Shown: positions 9,519 to 18,870, numbered from the stretch's first letter. The stretch is DNA of 64,000 nt from Myxococcota bacterium (GCA_965247115.1 CBDFGR010000002.1:1024001-1088000), one strand, 5' to 3'. The notes: generated from the letters alone by a model not told the origin. Translations and numbers: made by a program.

Positions 9519-10863
9519 GATTGCCCGCCGGCGACTCCGCCGTCGCACTAACGGCGGCAGCCGGGGAACGCAGAGAGGCATCGCGCAAGGCCTTCAGGGC
9601 CGCCGAGACCGCGGCGGCATCGACCTGGTCCGGGAAGCGCTCGGCAGCTCGATAGATGGCCTCGAGACGACCGTGCGTCTCGGCGGACAGGGAGGAAGCA
9701 AAGGACCGGGTACGCGACGTACGCAGGATGCGCCGATTCAGCGGATCGAAGAAGCGCCCGTCGAAGGCGGCGACCGCATGCATGACCGAGCTCTGGTCGC
9801 GCACGTGGATGGCGCCCAGCAGATGACCGAGCTCGTGGAGCACGGTAACACCCTGAATCGCGCCAGCCTTGGTGCATCCGACCACGGCGTGGGCGCCGAG
9901 TGGATCTGCGATCCCATAGCGCAGGTCAGCGAGCCAGCCCCGCTCCAGTGGCTCGACCGGCATGAGCGCGAGGACGATCCCGTCGGGAGGTGGCTCGGTG
10001 CCCGTGATGAGCTCGTTCAGAGCCTCGTCGAGTCTTGCTCCTTTTGGCGGGACCCACGGCTCCGGGTCGAGAGCGAGGCGCAGGCCCGCCTCTCGCTCGA
10101 AGGCCAGGAGCGGGCTCTCGAGCTCTGCGGCAACCCCCCTCGGAGTGAGCTTGCAGCCATCGAGCACTCGAGCGGCGACAACGCGGGTCTCGAGCTCGCC
10201 CCGCGTCCCCGCGTACAGGCGGCCCGCGAGACGCTCGCTGTTCATGGCCATGGCATCCAGGACGGCCCGGGTGATGCTGGGGCCCGGGCTCTCCTGGCGA
10301 GTCTCGATCCGGTCTTCCCAGACCAGACCCGCGTCGTCGGAGAGTCGGTAGTGGACTCGCACGCTGCCCCGCGGTGCCCCGTAGCGGTTCCGGATCCAGC
10401 CGATCCAGAACGGGCTCAGCTCGGACCTCTGGTGTTGCAGACCCTCGAACAGCTCGACACTGGCCACGAGCAGGTAGTCGAGTCCAAGCTCGTCGAGCTC
10501 GTCGGCGCTACCGAGATCTACACGCCGGACTGTCGAGAAGTCTCCAGACCTGGCAAGCGTGCTCTCCACGTTGGCCCGGAGACCCTCCACGACGGTGTCG
10601 TTGAAGTCGGAGTCTCCCGTTCTGTTGTCGCCCTCGCGCACCAGGCCGCGCCACTCGACACGAACCGGAGGTGCAGACCCCTCCCTCTCGGGGGTCGGCC
10701 TTGCATCTCTGAAGTGGCCGATGCCTAGGCTCGGCAGAGCCGACTCGGTCTGATCGAGCGGCCAGTCAAGATGGGGCCCGATCGGCGCCGGCAGGATTCG
10801 CAGCGCGCAGCCGAGCCCCGCAACGAGCAGCAGACACGCGAGCGGTTCAGCCGCGCGGTGCAT
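9496..10863 (-). CDS. Putative lipoprotein with C-terminal metzincin-type zinc metallopeptidase motif
   Basis: ATG at 10863; signal peptide with a lipobox-like LGC; HELGHLLGAIH followed by an SVM Met-turn. Confidence 0.7.
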   Translation of the reverse strand: MHRAAEPLACLLLVAGLGCALRILPAPIGPHLDWPLDQTESALPSLGIGHFRDARPTPEREGSAPPVRVEWRGLVREGDNRTGDSDFNDTVVEGLRANVESTLARSGDFSTVRRVDLGSADELDELGLDYLLVASVELFEGLQHQRSELSPFWIGWIRNRYGAPRGSVRVHYRLSDDAGLVWEDRIETRQESPGPSITRAVLDAMAMNSERLAGRLYAGTRGELETRVVAARVLDGCKLTPRGVAAELESPLLAFEREAGLRLALDPEPWVPPKGARLDEALNELITGTEPPPDGIVLALMPVEPLERGWLADLRYGIADPLGAHAVVGCTKAGAIQGVTVLHELGHLLGAIHVRDQSSVMHAVAAFDGRFFDPLNRRILRTSRTRSFASSLSAETHGRLEAIYRAAERFPDQVDAAAVSAALKALRDASLRSPAAAVSATAESPAGNPRLPAPR

Positions 10864-11041
10864 CCCCGTCAGAGCTCGTGAAAAGAAGGAAAGCCATCGA
10901 CGGCCGCTTCGACGCCTCGCGCATGGCGAACTGAATGCCGTCGAGCGCCCAGCCCTGCGAGACCGTCTCGTTGATGATTCGCTCCAGCTCCTGGTCGGTG
11001 ACCGACGAGGTCTCCACCACCTTGTACTGCGTCTCAGCCAC
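10847..11041 (-). CDS. Small DUF4177-like protein
   Basis: YKVVETSSVTDQELERIINETVSQGWALDGI pattern; GTG start overlapping the end of hemB. Confidence 0.7.
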   Translation of the reverse strand: MAETQYKVVETSSVTDQELERIINETVSQGWALDGIQFAMREASKRPSMAFLLFTSSDGDAPRG

Positions 11042-12017
11042 GACCTCCCCGATCGTGGCGCGCAAAGTCCTTCGCAAAGTAGCTGATCACGCCGTCCGCG
11101 CCGGCCCGTCGGATCGCGGTGAGGGTCTCGAACATCGCGCGCTCCAGGTCGATCCAACCGCGCTGGGCGGCCGCGTGGATCATGCTGTACTCGCCGGACA
11201 CCTGATAGGCGAAGACGGGGACGTTGCAGCTGTCGCGGGCGGCTCGAATCACGTCGAGGTAGGCAAGCGCGGGCTTGACCATGACCATGTCCGCGCCCTC
11301 GGCGAGATCCGTCGCAATCTCCAGCAACGCCTCGCGCGCGTTGCCGGGGTCCATCTGGTAGCCGCGGCGATCTCCCGTCTGCGGGGTGGACTCCGCCGCG
11401 TCGCGAAACGGTCCGTAGAAGGCAGAGGCGTACTTCGCAGCGTAGGAGAGGATCGCGCGACCCTGGAAGCCCTCCAGGTCGAGCTGGCGACGGATCTCGG
11501 CCACGCGGCCGTCCATCATGTCACTCGGCGCCAGGACATCGGCGCCGGCGCGCGCGGCGGCCACGGCGGCCTTTCCGAGCAGGGGGAGCGTGGCATCGTT
11601 CTCCACATCCACGCCGTCGAAAACGCCGCAGTGCCCGTGGTCCGTGTACTCACAGAGGCAGATGTCCGCCATCACGACGAGCTCCGGCGCGGCGTCCTTG
11701 ATGCTGCGGATCGAGCGCTGCACAACGCCGTCGGGATCGAAGGCTGCCGAGCCGAGCGCGTCCTTCTCCGCAGGTATGCCGAACAGGATCACGCCCGCAA
11801 CGCCCAGATCCCAGATCTCCTTGGCCTCCTCCGCGAGCATGTCTGCGGAGAAGCGATCCACTCCCGGCATGGAGACGACCGGCTCTCGCACCCCCTCCCC
11901 TTCGACACAGAAGAGTGGATAGATCAGGTTGGCGGCGGACAGCCGCGTCTCTCTCACGAGATTCCGGAGTCCAGGCGTGCGACGCAGCCGTCGGGGCCGG
12001 TGCTCAGGAAATGCCAT
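11034..12017 (-). CDS. hemB: Porphobilinogen synthase (ALA dehydratase)
   Basis: DICLCEYTDHGHCG, PSDMMDGR, KYASAFYGPFRDA, MVKPAL, YQVSGEY. Confidence 0.97.
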   Translation of the reverse strand: MAFPEHRPRRLRRTPGLRNLVRETRLSAANLIYPLFCVEGEGVREPVVSMPGVDRFSADMLAEEAKEIWDLGVAGVILFGIPAEKDALGSAAFDPDGVVQRSIRSIKDAAPELVVMADICLCEYTDHGHCGVFDGVDVENDATLPLLGKAAVAAARAGADVLAPSDMMDGRVAEIRRQLDLEGFQGRAILSYAAKYASAFYGPFRDAAESTPQTGDRRGYQMDPGNAREALLEIATDLAEGADMVMVKPALAYLDVIRAARDSCNVPVFAYQVSGEYSMIHAAAQRGWIDLERAMFETLTAIRRAGADGVISYFAKDFARHDRGGRG

Positions 12018-13533
12018 TCGAAGCCTCCGCGAATGACCGCTCCAGAGCGTCCGCGAGCCCCTCGCTGGTCTGCCGCTCCGCCACCTGGAAGGACGTCACT
12101 CCGTGGCACTCCAGGGCGGCCGCAGTCGTAGGTCCGATGCAGGCGAACACCAGGTCTCCGGCTCGTTCGACGATCTCCTCGGCCTCGAGGCAGGCAAAGA
12201 AGTGATCCGCGGTCGATGGACTCGTGAGGGTCACGGCGTCGAGACCGTCTTGCAAGGCCGCGGCGAGCTCAGCGGCGGCAGAACTGGGCAACGCCGTGCG
12301 GTAAGCCTCGATGGAGTCCACCTTCGCCCCCGCCTGCTCGAGCACTCGGGGCAAGGCCTCGCGTGCCAGGGACCCGCGCGGGAACAGGACAGCGGCGTCT
12401 CGCAGCGGGGAACGCGCCTGCATAGCGGCCGCGAGCTCCCCGGGGAGCGCGCGCTCTCCGGGTACGACGAGCGCGGGCAGCCCGGCTCGGGCGGCGGCTT
12501 CTGCCGTCGCCGAGCCGATGCACGCGATCCGCAGCTCCCCCAGGGTGGCTGTGCTGTCCAGGTACGGCTCGCTGAAGCGCACGGCATTCGCCGAGGTGAA
12601 CACGATCCAGTCGTAGCGGCTCGCATTGTCGAGGGCGACGGCGAGGCCGCGCGGATCTTCCGGTGGAAGAAACTCCAGAAGCGGCACACACACCGGCTCC
12701 GCCCCACGTCGCTGGAGCTCGACGGCCAGGGTTCCCCGCTGCTCTGCCGCGCGTGGCACCAGGACGCGTCGGCCAAAGAGCGGTCGGTGCTCGAACCAGA
12801 CCAGACTCTCGCGGAAGCGCGCCACCTCGCCCACGACGATGATCGTCGGCGCGGAGAGTCCGGCCTCGCGGGCCTGCGTCGCGAGCTCTCGCAGCGGAGC
12901 ACTGACGACGCGCTGACGTGCGGTCGTACCGCTCGCGATGACCGCGGCTGGCGTCTCGGGATCACGGCCCCCCTCCATCACGCGCGCCACGATGTCGTCG
13001 AGCCATGCGGTCCCCATGAGTACGACCAGGGTCTCGGCACTCGCCGCCAGACCTTCCCAGTCCACGCGCCGATCCACCGGCTCCTTGCCCCGGTGACCCG
13101 TCACCACGGCGACCGACGATGACCAGCGGCGATCCGTCAACGGTATGCCCGCGTACGCGGGCACCGCAAGTGCCGAGCTGATGCCGGGCACTACCTCGAA
13201 GGGAATGCCGGCTTCGCGCAGTGCGCTCGCCTCCTCACCGCCCCTGCCGAAGACGAAAGGGTCGCCGCCCTTGAGACGGACGACGTGCCGGCCGCCCCGG
13301 GCCTTCTCGATGAGCAGCTCGGCGATGTCCTCCTGCCGCACCCCGCGCGAGCCATCGCCGCGCTTTCCAACGTCGATCCGCTCAGCCTCCGGGCTCGCCA
13401 GGTCGAGAATTGCGGGTGGAATAAGCGCGTCGTACAGGATCACGTCGGCGCGCTCGAGCTCCCGGAGCGCGCGCACGGTCAGCAGATCCGGATCGCCAGG
13501 ACCCGAGCCGACAAGGACGACCCGACCGGTCAC
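12004..13533 (-). CDS. cobA: Fused uroporphyrinogen-III C-methyltransferase / uroporphyrinogen-III synthase (CobA-HemD)
   Basis: VGSGPGDPDLLT and RLKGGDPFVFGRGGEE in the N-half; IVFTSANAV, IGSAT and TSPST in the C-half. Confidence 0.93.
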   Translation of the reverse strand: MTGRVVLVGSGPGDPDLLTVRALRELERADVILYDALIPPAILDLASPEAERIDVGKRGDGSRGVRQEDIAELLIEKARGGRHVVRLKGGDPFVFGRGGEEASALREAGIPFEVVPGISSALAVPAYAGIPLTDRRWSSSVAVVTGHRGKEPVDRRVDWEGLAASAETLVVLMGTAWLDDIVARVMEGGRDPETPAAVIASGTTARQRVVSAPLRELATQAREAGLSAPTIIVVGEVARFRESLVWFEHRPLFGRRVLVPRAAEQRGTLAVELQRRGAEPVCVPLLEFLPPEDPRGLAVALDNASRYDWIVFTSANAVRFSEPYLDSTATLGELRIACIGSATAEAAARAGLPALVVPGERALPGELAAAMQARSPLRDAAVLFPRGSLAREALPRVLEQAGAKVDSIEAYRTALPSSAAAELAAALQDGLDAVTLTSPSTADHFFACLEAEEIVERAGDLVFACIGPTTAAALECHGVTSFQVAERQTSEGLADALERSFAEASNGIS

Positions 13534-14438
13534 GGATCGGTCTCGATCAGCCGACCGGCGCCGCGCTGCAGCAGCTCGCGACCCAGCGTCATTCCGAGCA
13601 GCTCGGGCGAGCCGAGCTCGCCCTCCGCGGAGCCCTCGACGCGGTCACGTCCGTCGACCGACATGACCAGGGCACGCAGACGCAGGCGGATGCCGTGAAT
13701 GGACGCGTGCACGGCAATCGGGGTGCGGCAGTCCCCGCCAAGCTCGAACAGAAGCGAGCGCTCCGCACGCACCTGCCCAGCAACCTCAGGATCCTCGAGT
13801 CTTGACACTACCTGGTGTACTTCTTCGTCGTCGATGCGAATCTGCACGGCCAGCGCACCCTGCCCCGGCGCAGGTACATAGCGATCCGGGTCGAGCGGAT
13901 CGAGAATGCGATCCTCGAGACCGAGGCGGATCAGCCCCGCGGAGGCCACGATGATCCCGTGCAGCTCCAGCGACGAGATCTTCGCCAGGCGCGTGGGGAC
14001 GTTGCCGCGAATCTCGACGGGCTCGAGCTCGGGGCGCAGCGCGCGCACGAGCGCGATGCGGCGCGCGCTCCCCGTTCCAACGCGTGCGCCGGGCGGCAGC
14101 GAGGCGAAACGTTGGCCCTCGGCGCCGACGAACACGTCGCGCGGATCCTCGCGCTCGGGGTAAGCACCGATGGTCGTTCCCTGAGCCAGCCTGGTGGGCA
14201 TGTCCTTTGCGCTGTGTACGGCCAGGTCGATGGTTCCGTCGAGCAGGGCCTGCTCGAACTCTTCCACCCAGAGTGCCTTGCCGCCAACATCCGCCAGCGA
14301 GCCGGAGATCCGGTCGCCGGCGGTGGTCATCTTGATCAGCTCGACCTCATGGCCCCGTGCGCGCAGCTTCCGCGCCACCCGCTCGGCCTGGGCGAGCGCA
14401 AGCTCGCTCCCGCGAGTTCCGAGCGTAAGCTGCTTCAC
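13530..14438 (-). CDS. hemC: Hydroxymethylbilane synthase
   Basis: GTRGSELALAQ, AVHSAKD, GTGSARR, IRGNVPTR, GGDCRTP. Confidence 0.96.
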   Translation of the reverse strand: MKQLTLGTRGSELALAQAERVARKLRARGHEVELIKMTTAGDRISGSLADVGGKALWVEEFEQALLDGTIDLAVHSAKDMPTRLAQGTTIGAYPEREDPRDVFVGAEGQRFASLPPGARVGTGSARRIALVRALRPELEPVEIRGNVPTRLAKISSLELHGIIVASAGLIRLGLEDRILDPLDPDRYVPAPGQGALAVQIRIDDEEVHQVVSRLEDPEVAGQVRAERSLLFELGGDCRTPIAVHASIHGIRLRLRALVMSVDGRDRVEGSAEGELGSPELLGMTLGRELLQRGAGRLIETDP

Positions 14439-15703
14439 GAATCGTCCCCCTTTAGCCCAAATAGATGCCGGATGGCCTCTGCATAGTAGCCCGAGCCGTC
14501 TTCGGCCTCTGCCCGCAGGCGCTGCAGGGGCTGATGGAGGATCTTGGCGACGATGGCTTCCGCCAGCCGGTCCAGCGCCTGTGCCACGTCGCCCGAGCCG
14601 CCCTCCAGCCGCGCTGCGGTCCGCTGCGCCTCCCCGCGGGCCAGGCTCTCCGCCTGTTCGCGCAGCTCTCGGATGGTGGGCACCAGCGGGAGCGCAGCAC
14701 GCCAGCGTTCGAAGCGCTCCCGCTCCTCCGTGACGATGGTCAAGGCCGGTCCGACAGCCTCACCCCGGCTGGCGCGACCCTGCTCGGCCACGTGTTCGAG
14801 GTCGTCGATGTTGTACAGGTACAGGTTCTCCAGCTGCTGTGCGTCGGGGGCGACGTTGCGCGGCACCCCCAGGTCGATCACGAGCAGCGGACGTCCCTGC
14901 CTCCGTTGCATCGAGCTCCGCAGGGGCTCCACGCCTATGAGCGGCTCCTCGACCTCGAGCGAAGTCAGCACGACGTCCGCACGGACCAGCTCGAGGTCCA
15001 ACGACTCGAAGGGGCCGGAGCTCGCAGCGAGCCGCGCGGCCAGACTCGCGGCCCGCGACTCAGTGCGGTTCAGCACGACGATGTCCGTGGCGCCGGCATC
15101 GCGCAGTCCGAGCAGAGCAGATTCCGCCATCGCGCCCGCGCCGAGCAGCAGGACCCGTTTGCCGTCGAAGGGCTCGAAGATCTCGCGCGCGAGCTGGACA
15201 CCAACCCGGGCCACCGAAACTGGCGACGCAGCGAGCCCGGTTTCGCTGCGGACGCGCTTGGCGGCGCGGAAGGACTGCTGGAACAGCCGATTGAGTACGG
15301 GACCGCAGCTGCGCGCCTCCACCGCCGCCCGGTACGCGTCCTTCACCTGACCGAGGATCTGAGCTTCTCCCACGACCATGGAGTCGAGGCTTGCGGCGAC
15401 CTCGAACAGGTGGCTCACCACCTCGCCATCGCCGAGCACGTACACGCGATCTGCGCTCGCGCTCCCATCGCCGATCTCCTCGTGAAGGAAATGCTCGAGG
15501 CGTTCGCGCGCCGGCTGCGGGGAGCGCGCTACCGCGAGAAGCTCCGTTCGGTTGCAGGTCGCCAGGAGTGCCGCTTCCGAGAGGATCTCGCTCTGATTCA
15601 GCTTCTCGGTGAGAGTCGAAAGCTCCTTCGTGCCGACGGCATAGCGCTCACGCAGCGCGACCGGAGCGGTCTTGTGGCTCAAGCCCACGAGTAGCAGGTT
15701 CAT
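14435..15703 (-). CDS. hemA: Glutamyl-tRNA reductase
   Basis: ATG at 15703; GLSHKTAPV, TCNRTE, SLDSMVVGEAQILGQVK, GAGAM, DLGVPRNV. Confidence 0.96.
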   Translation of the reverse strand: MNLLLVGLSHKTAPVALRERYAVGTKELSTLTEKLNQSEILSEAALLATCNRTELLAVARSPQPARERLEHFLHEEIGDGSASADRVYVLGDGEVVSHLFEVAASLDSMVVGEAQILGQVKDAYRAAVEARSCGPVLNRLFQQSFRAAKRVRSETGLAASPVSVARVGVQLAREIFEPFDGKRVLLLGAGAMAESALLGLRDAGATDIVVLNRTESRAASLAARLAASSGPFESLDLELVRADVVLTSLEVEEPLIGVEPLRSSMQRRQGRPLLVIDLGVPRNVAPDAQQLENLYLYNIDDLEHVAEQGRASRGEAVGPALTIVTEERERFERWRAALPLVPTIRELREQAESLARGEAQRTAARLEGGSGDVAQALDRLAEAIVAKILHQPLQRLRAEAEDGSGYYAEAIRHLFGLKGDDS

Positions 15704-16488
15704 GCGATCGCCCCGAGCAGGCGCACACCCAGGTAGGAGAAAGCGAGGATCGCGAAGCTCACGACCACCCCACGCGCGGGACGCGGCCCGTGCTGGTGGC
15801 GCAGTACCCGGAGACCTACGGGGACCAGGTACACGGCCCACGCGCCGAGGAGGAACAAGCTGTGAACCGACCAGGGACTCAGCCCGTGACTCAGGCCCCA
15901 GCCGAAGCCCGATACCACGCCCAGTGTGAGCAGTGCGTAGCCCAGGCTCAACGTGGCATGCTCTGCCCGATCCAGGCTCTCCAGGGCGGGCAGCAGCATG
16001 CGGGCGCGGCGCTTTTGCTTGAGCTCCCGTTCCTTGGCCAGATAGCCGAGCCCGGCCAGGCTGGCCAGGGCGAGCAGGCTGAAGCCCGCAGTCGAGAGCA
16101 GCACGTGCGCGTGAGACCAGGCGCCAGCCCCGAGCTCGGGCCCGAGGGGCTCCCGCAGCCACAGACCGATGTCTGCTGCGCCCGTGAAGATCGCGGCCAG
16201 GCCTGCGACCCAGACTCCGACGGGCCGCACCCGCGCAACGGCGAGGGAGCCCAGGAAGGCGAGAACGACCAACCAGCCTATCAACGAGACGGCCGCGGGG
16301 AAGCTCTCGAGTGGAACCGGGGGGGTCTCGAAGTGCAGCCCGTAGAAGCCAACGGAGTGTGGCACCGCTCCGAGTGCCACACCCCATACCACGGTGAGTC
16401 CCGCCCGCTCTCGCTGTCGGCCCATCCAGCCGTAGAGCGCCGCGCCAAGGTACAGGACTGCGGCGAGCTCGTGCCCGAGGTGCGTCAC
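15700..16488 (-). CDS. ccsA: Cytochrome c biogenesis CcsA/HemX-family membrane protein
   Basis: GTG at 16488; multiple TM segments, HV motif and YLAKERELK..LPALESLD; positioned just before hemA. Confidence 0.8.
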   Translation of the reverse strand: MTHLGHELAAVLYLGAALYGWMGRQRERAGLTVVWGVALGAVPHSVGFYGLHFETPPVPLESFPAAVSLIGWLVVLAFLGSLAVARVRPVGVWVAGLAAIFTGAADIGLWLREPLGPELGAGAWSHAHVLLSTAGFSLLALASLAGLGYLAKERELKQKRRARMLLPALESLDRAEHATLSLGYALLTLGVVSGFGWGLSHGLSPWSVHSLFLLGAWAVYLVPVGLRVLRHQHGPRPARGVVVSFAILAFSYLGVRLLGAIA

Positions 16489-17021
16489 CGACCCAGCTTC
16501 GCCATCTGAGCGCGGATGCGTTCGGCATCGCGCACCTCCTCGAAGATGCGGTAGGCCGGCTCGCCGAAGAGGACGAACCGAACTTCTTCGAGAGAGGTCT
16601 CCCCCGCGAGATGGAGCTGCGTTTCCTCGAGCATGATCTCCGCGCAGCGCTGAACCGAAAAGCCCCCGATGCCAGTGCCGATGGCGGGAAACGCGATCCG
16701 CGCCAGGCCCCGCTCTTGCGCCAGCTCGAGGGAGCTGCGCACGCACTCTCGCAGGGAAGCTTCCGTGACCTCGCCGCCGAGCGCCATGCCCGCAGCGTGG
16801 ATCACGTGGTCCGCCGGCAACGCTCCTGCTCCCGTGATCGCCGCTTCTCCGAGACCGATCGGGCCGTGTCGGTCACACTCGGCCTGAATCGTCGGCCCAC
16901 CCTGCTCGCGAATCGCCCCCGCGACGCCGCCGCCAAGCTGCAGAGCGGTGTTCGCGGCATTGACGACCGCGTCAACCTCGGCGGCGGTGATATCGCCCTC
17001 TTCCAACAGGATGCGAGCCAT
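16485..17021 (-). CDS. Macro domain (ADP-ribose-binding / O-acetyl-ADP-ribose deacetylase) protein
   Basis: GDIT..VDAVVNAAN..GGGVAGAI, VIHA, FPAIGTGIGG; ATG at 17021. Confidence 0.92.
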   Translation of the reverse strand: MARILLEEGDITAAEVDAVVNAANTALQLGGGVAGAIREQGGPTIQAECDRHGPIGLGEAAITGAGALPADHVIHAAGMALGGEVTEASLRECVRSSLELAQERGLARIAFPAIGTGIGGFSVQRCAEIMLEETQLHLAGETSLEEVRFVLFGEPAYRIFEEVRDAERIRAQMAKLGR

Positions 17022-17133
17022 CTCTCTCCGGGGGGCACTACCGTGGCGCCTCTGCCAGCGTCGCCGGGCGTGCATTCTGATGGTGGCGCCCAGAGCGCGC
17101 CGCGGCAAGCAAGGACTGATATCCTCGGCCTGG

Positions 17134-17544
17134 ATGTCACGTATCGCGCTCAAAGGCGCGGCTGTCCTCTGTGCACTGGCCTGCTCCCCGCTTTCTGTCT
17201 CTTTCGAGGAGGTCCCGCTCGAGGTGGCCCGCAGGCTGCTGCGCGATCCTGGCGTCACGCTGATCGAGGCGGTCGCTGACTCGACGGATGCGCAGGAGGC
17301 CCTGCCCGGCGGGCTCCGCTGGCGTCTGGGGGACGGACTCGCCTCGCCCCCGCAAGATCTCCCCTCCGGCCTCGCCCTGGTCATCGCGGAGAACCAGCGG
17401 ATCGCGCACCGTTCTGCGGCGGCGCTCGCCCGAGCGGGAAACCAGCAGGTCTACGTGTTCATCCCTACAAATGCAGAGGAGCGAAGCAGCTTGTATGCTC
17501 TCGCCCTTCAGATCGAGGAGACCGTTCGTGGCGAAGATTCTTGA
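17134..17544 (+). CDS. Rhodanese-like putative lipoprotein lacking the catalytic Cys
   Basis: Signal peptide with LAC lipobox; VTLIE, ALPGG, AAALARAGNQQVY rhodanese-like pattern. Confidence 0.55.
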   Translation: MSRIALKGAAVLCALACSPLSVSFEEVPLEVARRLLRDPGVTLIEAVADSTDAQEALPGGLRWRLGDGLASPPQDLPSGLALVIAENQRIAHRSAAALARAGNQQVYVFIPTNAEERSSLYALALQIEETVRGEDS

Positions 17545-17851
17545 TATCACCGACGCGACCTACGACGAGGAAGTGTTGAACGCGGAACAGCCCGTGCTGA
17601 TCGACTTTTGGGCAGAGTGGTGCGCGCCCTGCCGCCAGCTGGCTCCAGTGATCAAAGAGTTGGCGGAGGAGTACGGCGACCGGCTGCGGGTGGCCAAGGT
17701 CGACGCCGACGCCAACACGGAGACTGCCGCCAAGCTCCAGATCCGAGCCCTCCCGACACTGCTGTTCATCAAGGACGGACAAGTCAAAGGCTCGCTCGTC
17801 GGCAACCAGCCGAAGTCAAAAATCCAGGAGCAGATCGAGGCGCTCTTATAG
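17528..17851 (+). CDS. trxA: Thioredoxin
   Basis: GTG at 17528; LIDFWAEWCAPCR, IRALPTL. Confidence 0.95.
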   Translation: MAKILDITDATYDEEVLNAEQPVLIDFWAEWCAPCRQLAPVIKELAEEYGDRLRVAKVDADANTETAAKLQIRALPTLLFIKDGQVKGSLVGNQPKSKIQEQIEALL

Positions 17852-17886
17852 GTAGGCGAGGCGGAGTCAGAGGGCGGGAACCTACT

Positions 17887-18038
17887 GAACTTAGGGACGG
17901 TCCTTAATCCGAACTTACTCCGCGTGAGACGACCGCAGCGACCCCTAGATCAACGAATGTGCCCAAGAGTCCCGCCAGAGTGACCAAAAGTTCCGACATC
18001 GGCCAAACAAGTTCGGATTAAGGACCGTCCCCAAGTTC
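17887..18038. repeat. 30-bp inverted repeat pair (29/30 identical) around a 92-bp spacer, MITE/REP-like
   Basis: 17887-17916 is the reverse complement of AAGTTCGGATTAAGGACCGTCCCCAAGTTC at 18009-18038, with one mismatch. Confidence 0.85.
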
Positions 18039-18175
18039 GGATTCCGTAGAGAACCGGCAACCTCCTACGGGGCTTGGCAACCATGCAAGAGCCGCGGAAC
18101 GCGGCGCGCGCAGCGAAGGGCGTAGCCCTGAGCGGAGGTGGGTGGCCGCGGACGCCCGCGGCCGGGTCCCACAAG
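18018..18175 (+). repeat. Structured repeat element, copy 3 (long form)
   Basis: Near-identical to the reverse complement of 531-685. Confidence 0.9.
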
Positions 18176-18176
18176 A

Positions 18177-18854
18177 CTAAGGCGGACGGAAGTAGCGGAT
18201 GGGCCAGCGGCGGCGGCGGGCCTTGCGGTAGAGGAGCGGGTCGGGGTTCACGACGACGGGATGGCCGACGAGGTCCAGGAGCGGCACGTCGGTGATCGAG
18301 TCCGTGTAGAAGTAGCTGCGCGCCAGGTCGACCTGCTCACTTTCGATCAGCTGCTGCAGCCAGTAGATCTTCCCCTCGCCGAAGCAGATGGGCTGGACGA
18401 CCCGGCCTGTAAAGACACCGTCCTTCACCTCCAGGTGCGTGTACAGGCTGTGCTCCACGCCGAGGTGCTCGGCCAGCGGCTGCGTCACGAGCCTCGTCGC
18501 GCCGGACACCAGAGCCACGACGTGACCCTCCTTGCGGTGGTGCTCGATCAACTCCAAGGACTCGGCGTAGATCGTCGGCAGGATGAACTCGCCGAAGAGC
18601 TGCTCGGACTCTCGCTCCATCGCCGCGACGCTACGACCCTTGAAGCGGATCATGGCGTTTGCGGTCCAGCGCTCGAGGTCGAGCAGGTTGAACCGGTAGC
18701 GAAAATAGGAGCCGAGGTTACTGACGACGTCTTTCCAGTCCACCTCGCCGCGGAGGTAGAGCGCCTTCAGGTAGAGGGTCGCGGAGTTTTCAGCGAGGAT
18801 CGTCTTGTCGACGTCGAAGAACGCTCCGATCCTCTTGGCCCCCCCCATGGTCAC
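18177..18854 (-). CDS. HAD-IB family hydrolase (SerB-like)
   Basis: FFDVDKT, VSGA, GEGK, YTDSITDVPLL, VNPD. Confidence 0.9.
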   Translation of the reverse strand: MTMGGAKRIGAFFDVDKTILAENSATLYLKALYLRGEVDWKDVVSNLGSYFRYRFNLLDLERWTANAMIRFKGRSVAAMERESEQLFGEFILPTIYAESLELIEHHRKEGHVVALVSGATRLVTQPLAEHLGVEHSLYTHLEVKDGVFTGRVVQPICFGEGKIYWLQQLIESEQVDLARSYFYTDSITDVPLLDLVGHPVVVNPDPLLYRKARRRRWPIRYFRPP

Positions 18855-18870
18855 ACTCGGGATTGTAGGC

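Noticed and set aside
14435..16528. 697-aa HemA, and similarly extended ccsA, rodA, macro, dnaJ, hemW and M16 ORFs
   Set aside because: The upstream parts overlap neighbouring genes in other frames, a GC-rich ORF-caller artefact; homology starts at the internal starts given in the features.
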